A stretch of DNA of 64,000 nucleotides. It comes from Cyanophora paradoxa CCMP329 (taxonomy: Eukaryota > Plantae > Glaucophyta). The position numbers were made by a program, and so were the translations under genes. Below are positions 20,301 through 30,882 of this stretch, one piece after another. The notes under the pieces were generated by a model, which saw only the letters and a list, made by a program, of their open reading frames with translations, ran no database searches and was not told the origin of the DNA. Location of the stretch: contig QPMI01000602.1 in assembly GCA_004431415.1 (NCBI GenBank), positions 62,001-126,000 of the forward strand, given 5' to 3'. Each line of letters starts with the position of its first letter. The first letter of the stretch is position 1.

Positions 20301-21420
20301 GTCCCACATCATTCCCATCGCCTGCTGGCACGTACAGTATCGGTATAGCATCCGTTGCTGCGCTAATGTGGATCGGAACGATGTCTTGCTTGTCTAGCGC
20401 AGTCGTGTAGACGCAGAGCTTAACATTATTCGCACACTCAAATTTGCTGAACATTTTCGAATCGAGTGGCGTCGGATACGTGAGCATTGTACAATCTAGC
20501 GATGTCTCATGCTGCCGATAGCTTCCTGCATGCCTCGAATCCACCCCTGGGGCCAGCGGATTGCGCGCTGCGAGGACAGCATATTTAAAGCACTCGTTGT
20601 TTGGTGCATTGATATTGATCAAGGCCTGCTTGAGTGCAAGCCAGCTCGGAAGTACAAACCCGCGTCCGCGGCCGCCCATACGTCTGAAGTATCTAATCAC
20701 GGTAAAGCGTAGCTTAATCCACGTCTCGAAGGCGGAAGAATCACGGCTCTTTTCCTGCGCAATAGTATCTAGCTCTTCCAGCTGTGAGCGGATCGTCTCA
20801 ACAACGTCTGAGCCTGGGAGTATGCGGTAAAATTTCCTGTGCTCAATCACTACTGCAAGCGCTGAGTCTTCGTTAGGCTTGCGATAGAGTCCGACTCCTG
20901 AGACCTGCAAAGCTATGCCCATTCGATCCTGACTTGCTAATTCTTGCTGCACGCTCGCAAACGCCACTGCGCCTGCTCTGAACCTCGCATTATTTTCGAG
21001 CTGCGCCTGCATCGACGTGACTCGGCCTGTTCCACGTGAGGGCCGGTACTCCCAGTCAGCGTATGTCCCGTTCAGCGCTGTACGTGTCGTCACTGTGCCG
21101 TCCTCCTCTGCAATTTCAGTTTCGCTGAACTCGCTCACGCTCAGATCGGGCAGCTCTGAAAATCCTGCTACAATTCCCTCAGCAATAGCAAGCTCAAGCC
21201 GTGCAGCTGCAACTAGTCTCGGCGGCCTCGGTACTGTTGATAGCTCGTACAGAAGTGATGCGTATTTTTGTAGTGTCGGAAGTCGCGTGCGTGACCCACT
21301 CGCACTGATGCGCTGCAGTTTGTTTCTAAATTGTCCATGAATAAACCTGCGATTGTACAAAACCGAGGCTTGGCCTGCTATCTGCTCTTTGAGCCGCGCA
21401 ATCTCAAACCGTCGCTCCAT
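17373..21420 (-). CDS. Protein-primed family B DNA polymerase (~1,350 aa) with OTU-like and endonuclease VII-like modules; frameshifts at ~18635 and ~18214
   Basis: Exo motifs YADSET, FHNGRGFDFH and RDS; RKGVYPY; YLDANNLYG; after correction GDFKW, LEVDMHCPEELHD..DYPLAPE, KLLNNAVFGKTMEN, GTDTDS and KCKGV. CxxC...DHCH...CxxCN endoVII insert; NNECF...GHY Cys/His pair. Confidence 0.93.
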
Positions 21421-21535
21421 TTAACAATAGCGCTCCAAAAGATTTTCAGAGAAAGCGCGCAACCAACCGCTCGTCCCTATAGGGCGGTGCGATTCCTTTA
21501 TAACATGTCACTGGTGCTGCTCAGCGACGGCTTGT

Positions 21536-21806
21536 CTCCGGCTTGGATCCGGCTTGGATCCGGCTTGGCTTTTCTTCAGTATCCGGCTTAATGGTGTAAG
21601 CAAGGCGGCCGCTCGTTCTTGGGCTAGCTATCAGCGCACTATCAGCGCACTATCAGCGCACTATCAGTGCACTATCAGCACCAATCTTTTGTGTGTCACG
21701 TATCTCACCGTTTTCTCGCCACGTCACAGCGTCACGTCACGGCGTCCGCAAAGTTTTCTTAGGAACTTGACCCTCCGAATTAAAACAATTAAAACAATTA
21801 AAACAA
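21536..21806. repeat. Cluster of short tandem repeats in the viral terminal region
   Basis: CCGGCTTGGAT x~3, CTATCAGCGCA x~4.5, CGTCAC repeats, AATTAAAAC x3. Confidence 0.85.
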
Positions 21807-21911
21807 AAGAAAGGTAAAGTCATCGACACATCTCCAGAGGCCGCAGCAGACCGCTAAAAGGGGCTCGAAGAGCAGGAAGCCTTCTGGCTGACGCTCCCGT
21901 CCTTACGTGCG

Positions 21912-22082
21912 GCTATAGCTTAACGCATTTTCCTCGTTTAGCTTCTCTGTAAACATCAATTACATCTAGCTAGAGCTTAACACGTTTCCTCGTTTAGCTT
22001 CTCTGTACTCATTAATATCGCGTAGCTATAGCTTAACGCATTTTCCTCGTTTAGCTCAATGCACACATTAATATCGTCTAGC
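21912..22082. repeat. Three ~56-bp degenerate tandem repeats with palindromic arms (probable TIR / origin region)
   Basis: Units start at 21912, 21969 and 22025; core AGCTTAAC-n(9-10)-CGTTTAGCT. Confidence 0.85.
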
Positions 22083-22368
22083 CTATTCTGCTTCGTTGCT
22101 ATGCAGACCGCGCTCAAGGGGGGCCGCGCTCCTCTTCGTCTCTTCTAGTTGATAGCACTGTCTTGAATAGACATGAGCTATTGCTAGGCTTTGACCTAGG
22201 GAAAAGGCCGGCAGACGTTGCTTGGGGATGATGGTAGACGTGGGGGCATAGCAGGGTTGAAACGAGAGTGGGGTGGACGTTATGACTGGTGCAGCGAGAG
22301 AGGGGGTGAGGGGATCGGGTTGGTGGAGAGGGGTGGGCCACCGTGGTCGTCGTTCTCTCATTTTTTGG

Positions 22369-25300
22369 CACGCCGAGGCGCGCCCTCCCTCCCCGCCGCG
22401 GCGCGCGCTGCCCGCAAGGGTGACTGGGGGCGGCAGGTTGCGACGCGGTTCCTGCTGGAGGACGCCTCCCCGCCGGCCCTCCAGGTCCCCGCCCCCCGCA
22501 CCCCGCGCCCCGCGCCACGCGCCCCGCCCCCGGCCCCCTCGAGCCGGCCGGCAGGTGGCGGAGATCGTCTTCCGGCGCGCCCTCGAGCTCTTCCCCTACT
22601 CGGCGGCGGCGCGCGTCTCCTACGCCGCCTTCAAGCTCAAGTACGACGAGAGCCCGCAGGCCGGTCCGCCCCCGCCCCGGCCCCGGCCCCGCCCCCGCCC
22701 CTGCGCCCGCCGGGGCCGAGGCGCGGGCAGGGTACGCGCTGTTCGCGGAGGCGGGGCGCTGGGCCGGCCCCCGACGTCGAGTTCCGGTCCTTCTGCGCCG
22801 AGCAGCAGCGCATCCAGGCCCGGCCCCGCACCCGCACCGCCCCCGCTGCGCCCCGCCCACGCGGCGCCGCAGTCGATGCAGGCGACGGGGGTGGGCGCCG
22901 GGGGCCGGCGGCGGGGCGAGGAGGGCGACGAGCTCATCTCCCTCCTCGAGTTCCAGGCGCGGCCCCCTGCGCGTCGCCCGCGGCCGGGGCCGGCGTGTGA
23001 GGCGGGGGCAGCGGGACATGGAGGGGGCGCGCAAGTACCACCGCGGCGCCGTCAAGGCCTTCCGCCGGCCGGCCCCGGGCCCCGCCCCTCGCCCCGGGCG
23101 CCGCGCTGAGCGGGGCCGCGCGCGCGCGCAGCTTCTGGTCCCTCATCCTCTCCGAGGAGGCGCGCCCGGCCCCGCCCCGCTCCGGGCGGGGCGGGCGTGA
23201 GGGCGGGCCCGGGGCGGCAGGTGACGCTGGGGCGGCTCGAGGAGGCCGTCTCCCGCATCGACACCAACGAGCGCCGCGCCACCGCTCACTACCGGCCCGC
23301 CCCGCCCCACCCCGCCCCACCCCGCCCCGGCCCCGCGGCCTGAGCCTCACGACCCCTCGCAGGGCCCTGGTGGCCAAGCACCCGAACAACCCCGCATCCT
23401 CCGCTCCTACGGTCCGCACCCCCGCCCCGCGTCTGCCCGCGCGCCCGGGGCAGGGGCCGGGGTGCGGAGCTCCGCTGAGCTCGGCCGTGGCCGCGTTGCT
23501 GGCCGGGGTCCTCTAGCCCCAGGAGCAGCCCGCGGAGGGCGGCGGGCGGCAGCTGACGGGGCGCGCAGCCAAGTTCCACGAGGAGGTCCTCAACGACCCC
23601 GCCTCGGCCCGCCCCGCCCGCCCCCCGCCCCCCGCCCCGCCCCTGACGGCCCCTGACGGCCCTGCGCGCAGGCGGAGGACCTCTACGACGCGGCCGACGA
23701 GTTCGAGGAGAGCGCCGCCACGCAGTGCGCCCCGCCCCGCCCCGCCCGCCCCGCACCCGGCAGCGCCCCGGGCGGGGCCGTGAGCGGAGCGGCGGGTGCA
23801 GGTTCCGGAAGGACGCGAGCCGGGCTGAGCTCGACGACGACGAGGAGGAGGGGCCGCCCTCGGCGCGCCCCCGGGGCCCCCGCTCTCCGCCTCTCCCCGG
23901 CCCGCCCCCGCCCGCGCCCCCGCCGCCCTCGCGCCGGCCGCTGAGGCGGCGCAGGTGGAGGAGGAGGCGGGGAGGGGCCGGGCGACGGGGCGAGCAGCGC
24001 GGGGGCGGCCGGCGAGCAGGCGGCCCCCGACCGCACCGGCGCGCCTTCGGCCCCGCCCCGCCCCGCCCCGCCGCGCCCAGCTGACCTCGTGCGCAGCGCC
24101 GGCGGGGCTGGAGGCGGAAGGCCCGCTAGCGCTCGTGGCGGGGGCGAGCGTGCGCTCCGGCAGCAACACGGCCCGCTCGGGGGCCCCGCCGGGGCGGGCG
24201 CAGCGGGACGGGCGGGGCAAGCCCCGTCCTCGGCTCCACCTCCCCGCCCGACGCGTGCGCCGCCCCGCACCCGCCAGCGCCGCCTGCTCCCCGAGCCGTG
24301 CGGGCCGACGGGCGGGCGCAGGTGAACATCGGGGGCGTCGAGACGCGCTCCGTGGGCCCCGCGGGCGAGCTCCTCGGGTCGCCCGCGGCGGGGGCGGCTT
24401 CGGGCGCATGTCCCCCGCCTTCGTCACGCAGCTCCAGCGCGGGCGCCCGGCGGCGGCACGCCGGAGGGCCCCGCCCCTGGAGCTCGCCCCGCCGTCGCCA
24501 TCATCGGCATCGACCCGCCCTCGCCGCCCGAGCCCGAGCGGCAGGCGCGCGGCGAGGGGAGGCGGGGCGGCCCTCGGCGGGGGCGCTGACGGACGTGAGC
24601 GAGGTGATGCCCTTCCAGACGCTCCCCGCGGCGCCGGCCCCCGAGGCGCCCGCCGTGCCGGGCCGGCGCGCCTCGGCCGCCATCTCCGCCTGGCTCGCCG
24701 ACGCCGAGGCGAGCCGCGCGCTCCCGCCGCCGCCCGCCGCGCCTCCGCCGCCGTTGAGGCCGACGCTGTGCCCGCCTTTCCTTCCTCCTTCGCCTCCGCC
24801 CCTCGCTGCGGGCGCCTGAGCGCGGGCAGGTGCGGCGGCTCTCGGCGGTCTTTGCGGGGCCCGGGCGGGGAGGGGAGCGGGGCGGAGGGGCGGCGGTCGG
24901 TGGAGAGCGCGGGGCGGCCTCCTCGGCGGGCGCCACGGGCCTCACGGGCGGCTTCGCCCTCTCCGTCGCCCCCTCCGTCTCCCCGTCCCTCGCCGGCCTC
25001 GCCCACCCCGCCGCCCCCGCCGCCGCCAGTCCGTCCGCGGCGCCCGCGCCAGCATCCGCGTGCGCCCCGCCGGCGGCCCCCGGGGCGGCCGCGGGCCGCT
25101 CAGCCGGCGGGCGCAGGCGCTGGAGACGACGCTGATGGTGGCCCCGACCTCACCGTCCGCGACGTCGATGGCCAGGCGCCCCGCCCGCCCCGCCCTCCCC
25201 CACCCCGGCCCCGCCCCTGACTGCACCCGGCCCGCGCGCCCCAGTTCCCCGAGGTGTTCGGCCTGCCCCTCGCGCGGGTGCGCCCCGGCCCGAGGCCTCC

Positions 25301-28300
25301 CCCGCGGGGCGCGGGTGACGGGCGGCAGGGGCGGGGATGCGCCTCGGGGACCTCATCGCCGACCTCCGACCCGCCCCGCGAGCGCCAAGGCCGCCCCCGC
25401 CCCGAGAGGGCAGCGCGGGGGCGCAGGCGGAGGGCGGGGGCTGAGGGGCCGGCGAGCAGGGCGCGGCCCTGGAGGCGGTGGCGGGGCCCTGGGGGTCGCC
25501 CCCGGCGAGCAGGCCGCCCTCGCCTACGGCCTCGCCTCCGCCGTGCGCCCGCCCGCCCCGCCCGAGCGCCCCGCGCCCGCGCCGCCTTCGCGCCGGCCGA
25601 GAGCGGCTGGGGCGGGCAGGGGGCGGAGCGCTTCCCCGCCTTCGTCTCCCTCGGGGGCGCCCTCCGCGTCGGCCGCGAGACCGTCGTCCGCCTCGTCGTC
25701 CGCCGCGCCGACGGCGGCGCCGGGGCCCCGGGCGGGGCTCGGTCTCGCTGGGGCCGGCGCGGGGCGGCGCTCGAGCGGGCAGGGGGCGGGGGCGGGGGAG
25801 GGGCCCTCCCTCGAGGAGGCCCTCCTCGCCGCCCGCCGCGCCCACCGCCCGCCCCCGCCGCCCCCGCGCCCGCCGAGGGCCCGAAGGAGCGCCGCGCCTC
25901 CGTCGGGTCACGTTCGGGGCAAGGCGCGCCCCGCCGGCGAGGGGCCCCGGCGACCCGAGCGGGCGGCTGACGCTCGCGCAGGCGGCGGCGGGCCGGAGCG
26001 GGGGTCGCACAGCAGCTCGGAGGCGGCGTCATCGTCGAGGCCGCCGCGGGGGCCCCCAGGGCCGCCCCCGGCGGGGAGAGCGGGGCGAGCACCGAGCGGG
26101 AGGCGGCGGAGGGGAAGGCGGGGGCGGGGGGGCCGGGCGAGGAGGAGGAGGAGGGTGTGCCGGACGAGGCGGCGACCGTGGGGAAGAAGTCGCGGTGGAT
26201 GCGCAAGCTCAACGCCCTCAAGCGCCGTGCCGCCGCCGCCGCCAACAACGGTGCCCCCCGCGCCCCGCAGCGGGCCCCGCGCCAGGCTGAGGCCCCCGGT
26301 CGGGGCGGGCGGGGAGCAGACTCGGGGATCCGGCGGATGCGGTGGACTGTGCGGGTCGTCGTGCTGATGCTCCTCCTCTGCTGCCCCGCCATCGCCGTCG
26401 TCGTCGAGTCCCTCGTCGGCCTCTACACCGTCCGCCCTCCCCCGCCCCCTCCCCCGGCCCCCTCTCCGCGCCCCTCGCGCCTCACGCCGGGCGCAGCGCG
26501 GCCTGGAGCGCGTCGGCGAGTCCTCCCGCCGCATCTACGAGAGCAGCTCGGCGCCCACCTACGCCCGCATGTTCAGGCACCCGCGCCGCCCCCACGGTCG
26601 CAATTCGAGCCGCGGGGCGCTGAGGGGGCGGGGGGCAGCCTGGCGGGGCTCCCCGGGTGGGGGGCCGACGGGGCGATGGAGGGTCACGCGCGGGAGACGC
26701 TCGCGGAGCTCCTCGACCAGTTCGAGGCCTACCACCTCGGGCCCGCCCCGCCGGCCCCGCCCCCGCCCCGCCCATCTGACCTGGGGCGGGGCGGGGCGGG
26801 GGCAGGCTGAAGGACGTGGACCGCGGCGGGGGCCTACGCGTGGCGCGCGTGCTCGACGACGCGGGGCGCCTCCGCGAGGCCCAGACGAGCGCCTGGGACG
26901 CTGGTTTCCAGGCCCGCCCAGCCCCGCCCCGCCCCGCCCCGCCCCGCCCCGCCTCGCCCGCCCCGCCCCGCCGCCGCTGCTAGAGGGCTCCACGCGTGCC
27001 CGAAGCCGGGCGCGGGGGCCCGGGCGGCGCTTTCGGAGAGGGCTCGAGGCTGCACGGGGGCGTGGGATGCCGGTTGGCGGCTGAGGGCGGGGCGGGGCCG
27101 GCGCAGCTGGTGGACGCGGGGCGGGAGGTGCTGCGGTACGCCTCCGCGGAGGCGCTGCGGCGGGCCTTCCCCGACCCCGAGCACAACCCCCACTTCGCCT
27201 TCCTGTGCGCGCCCGAGGGGCGGCCCCCGAGCCCCAGGGCTCCCCTCGCGGCGCCTCCCCGCCCCCCCGCCGGCCCTTCGCCTGGCCTCGTCTCGCCTGA
27301 TCCGGGGCCCCCGGCAGGATCAAGAACGGGGCGACGACGGTGATGGAGGGTGCGCCCGCCTCCCCGCCCGTGCTCGAGGCGGGGCGGGGGTGAGGGGGCG
27401 TGGGCAGCGTTCGAGGCGGCGACGAACGGGGAGGACCACCACGCGCACGGCTACTTCCTCGCCATCCAGCGCGCCCCGCCCCGCCCCGCCCCGCCCCGCC
27501 CCGCGCCGCGCGCCCCGGGCTGAGGCCCCGCAGGAGCTTTGTGCTGGCGATGATCTGCTTCGGGGTTGCCATGCTGCTCTTCCTCGCCGTCTTCTTCTTC
27601 CGCCCCGTCGTCGGCGCCGGTGCCGCCCCGGCCCCGGGCCCGCGCCCCCGCGCCGGGGCAGGAGGGCCGAGGTGGGGCGGGCGGGGCCAGTGCGGCGGGA
27701 GAAGGAGAAGGCGCTGCGCGTCTTCTTCGACATCCCCAAGGCCCGCCCCCGCCCCGCCCCCGCCCCCCGCGCGCGCCGGCCGGCTCATGGGCGGCGGGGT
27801 GGGGCGGCAGGTGACGCTGGCGCGCATCGCCGGCCTCGGGTCGCGCTCGCGCCGCGAGGACGACGAGGACGACGAGGAGATCGACGTCGACGACGAGGCG
27901 CGCCCGCCCCTCGCCTGCCGCGCCCCCGCATGGAGCTCACGGGCGGGGCGCGTGGCAGGACCTCGGGGTCTCGGCGGACGGGGCGGCGACGGCCCGCGGG
28001 CAGCCGGCCGTGCGCCCGCGAGCACGCGCACGCGCAGGCGCAGGCGGCGTGCGCGGGGCTGGGCGGTGAGGCGGGGGCGGGGCGGGGCCAGGGGCGGGTG
28101 CGGGAGGAGGAGGAGCGGGAGGAGGCGGCGGTGGAGGCGGCCCTGCGCGCCGCCGCCGCCAAGGCCGGCCCGGCGCCCCCGCCCGCCCGTCACCCGCGAC
28201 CAGGTCCCCCCGGCCCCCGCCCGCCCCCGCGCCCGCGCCCGCCCGCCCAGCGACCGCCCGCCGCCCGGCCCGCTCAGGTGCTGAAGGCGAAGCGGCTGCG

Positions 28301-29853
28301 GCGGGTGTTCGGGGCGGGCGGGGGCGGGTGGACGGGGTCACGCTGCGCTACTCCCTCGCCTTCGCCTTCCTCGCCGCCGTCTTCCTCGTCTGGTTCGCGG
28401 TGCGCGCCGCCCGGCCCGCGCCCCGGCACAGGCCCCCGCACCGCCCGCCCGCCCGCCCCGGCCGCGTGGCGAGCCCGCAGGCAGGTGGTGTACGTGCGCG
28501 GGACGCGTGCGAGCACTTCACGACGGAGCGCGTGTACGCCGGCCTCCGCCGCGCCGAGGCCTCCACGGTCCGCGCCCCCGCGACGGGCGAGGGCGAGGCG
28601 GCACGGCGGCGGGGCGGGGGCGCGAGCGGGCGGGCCGGCGGCAGGTGCTCTTCTTCGCGCAGGAGCTCGTCTCGGAGGCGACCGCCGCCCTCGGGCCCCG
28701 CTACGGCACCCGTCCGCCCCGCCCCGCCCCGCCCGCCCGCCCGCCGCGCCGCGTCGCTCACGCGCGGGGCGGCAGCGGGGCGGCTGGAGGAGGCGCGGCG
28801 GAGCCTCTCGGAGGCGCTGCACCACCTCATGGAGCGCCACCGCAGCCTCGTCGTCGGTCCGTCCCCTGAATGCGGGCTCCTGCGGGGCTGATGGTTCGAG
28901 GCGCGCGCCGCGCTGCTCCTGACGGGGCCGCGGGGGCAGGGGACGAGGCGGAGGGGCTGCGGGGCTCGCTGGGCCGCTACGCGCCGCAGGAGGCGCTCCT
29001 CTGGGGCCGCCCCTGCCTCGACGCGCGCGACGCCTGCCGCGCCGCCGGCACCAGCGGCAACGGCCTCCACCGGTCCCGCCCCGCCCCCTCCTCGAGGGAG
29101 CGTGTGCCGCCTCCGAGGCTCGGGGCCGACGCTGCACGCAGGCTGCTGAACACGTTCAAGGTGCACGCGGAGATGCTGGCGGCCTCCCCGCGGCACCTCC
29201 TCGCCCCCAACAACACCCACTTCACGGTGCAGCGGGGCGCCGGGCCCGCCTCGGCGGGGAGGCGGGGCGGGGGCTGAGCGGGGGCGTGCAGTTCGTGCGG
29301 TGGGCGGTGGACGGGGGGCCCCTGGACGGGAAGATGCGGGAGAGCATCGCCCTCTACGTCGCCGAGGCCCGCGAGGCGCGCCCCCGCCCGCCCCCGCCCC
29401 CTCCCCCCCGCCCCCCGCCCCCACGAGATCTAGAGGCGCCTGGGGCCGCGCTGACCCGCCGCTGCCAGGTGCTGGAGGCGTACATGCTGTACAACCGCGC
29501 GACGCTCGGCATGTGCGCCGTCGCCATCCTCCTCTCCTACCTGTGCGCCCCCCCGCCCCTGCCCGCACGCACCCAGCCGTGCTTGCTTGCGCCGCTCACG
29601 GGGCGGCGCCCGGCCACGGGCCCGGGGCGGCAGGTTCGTGTTCCGGAAGATCGTGGAGTCGATGGCGGACGACGCGCGGCGCACCCTCTTCCTCCTCCTC
29701 ATCATCCCCGCCGAGGTGGCCCCCCGCCCCGCCCCGCCCCGCCCCGTCGGCATCTCCCCCTCTCGCCCCGAGCCTTCGTCTCAGGTGATCGAGAGCGTGG
29801 AGAGCATCCGCGCGCACCTCGTCCGCAAGGCCGCCGGCGCCGCCGCCCTCTGA
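22369..29853 (+). CDS. TmcB/TmcC (tiny macrocysts)-like multi-exon membrane protein, 5' portion missing
   Basis: Spliced exons read EVATRFLL...VFRRALELFPYS...LLEFQRDMEGARKYH...FWSLIL...IDTNERRATAHYRALVAKHPNNPRILRSYAKFHEEVLNDP; later TM segments and C-terminal LLIIPAEVIESV. No upstream exons before the viral DNA. Confidence 0.7.
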
Positions 29854-30882
29854 TCTCTGATTCGCCTCCGAACCCAGCTCCGTACGCCTCTGTTTTCCGA
29901 TCGCGAGTCTCCTAGCTCATAATCAGCTAGCGCCCAGCGGCTGCAGCACCGTGTTTCTTATGTATGGCACAGCTTCGTATTCGAATTCCGAATTCATCCC
30001 TTTGACTCAGTGATTTCGTTTTAATTCAGACTTAGATCTAAATGCCATGATGCATTCTTGACTCATGATCAGTTACTTGAGTCTCATGATCATGATCAGC
30101 TCTGCAGCTGGTCGAATTTCGGAATTTTCTTCAAGGCTTGTGATCATGATGGATCCCGGACGTCGACACTGTGACATGCATTAGATCTACTAGGCTAGAC
30201 ACAATGCGACAGCGAGTATCAAAGTATCCGATGATGTTGATCGGTTACTAAATTTACACGTGCGGTGCTTCGAATTCCAGGTAGCCTAGTAGTCTTCAGC
30301 TTTCAGCTGTTTGTAACCGATTGCAATTGATCGTGAACAGCCTGGCAGTTTGCCAACTTGGCGAGTTGCAAATTGCTTCGACAGGCACATCCACTGGCTC
30401 CATGGCCACGAGCCATTAATATTGCTTGGCCATGGCTCAGTGAAAAGTTCAACTTTGGCAAGGGGGTTGTAGGGGCCCAGCTGTAGGGGGTTGCCGTGGA
30501 CCATGGCCAGTAGCCTTTGATTTGAAATTGAAGCCTTAATCATGAAGGCTTGGAACGGAAGAAACTTTGTGGAGGCAGCCGTGCAATGCGCCAAAAATTC
30601 TCTTGATCATGATTCGGCGAGCCGGTCCGATGCTCACACGGGGGCGGGGCGTCCCAAACAGTCAGTAGCTGATTATCACAGTGTGTAACTAAATTCACTA
30701 TAGCAGTCACACTGGGTGATCTGCAGCCCAACGGCTCACTAACAAACTTGAAAAAAAACTAATTTCACTATTTACTACTGCTGTTCCTCGGCTCTTCTGG
30801 TCACGCACTGGATCCATTCGCCGGGCTGATCGCCGGGAGGCAGCACGGGGACTAGCTCTGTTCCTCGGGGGCGGGCGGGGGG

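Larger units (their letters stand above)
2111..22360. mobile_element. Endogenous Polinton-like virus / Maverick-type element (left part outside window or displaced)
   Basis: Co-located pPolB, rve integrase, A32 ATPase, DJR major capsid and minor capsids. Genes are intronless and abut or overlap. Much lower GC than the host; repeat-rich right end. Boundaries are approximate. Confidence 0.93.

Noticed and set aside
2402-21420. Bacterial prophage or contaminating phage contig
   Set aside because: Fibre and HNH genes look phage-like, but the core is DJR capsid, A32 ATPase, pPolB and rve integrase, with no terminase, portal or Shine-Dalgarno pattern, and it joins intron-rich eukaryotic DNA.
21912-22082. 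CRISPR-like repeat-spacer array
   Set aside because: The apparent spacers resemble each other (CATTAATATCG, TCTCTGTA), there are only three units and no cas genes; it is a degenerate tandem repeat.
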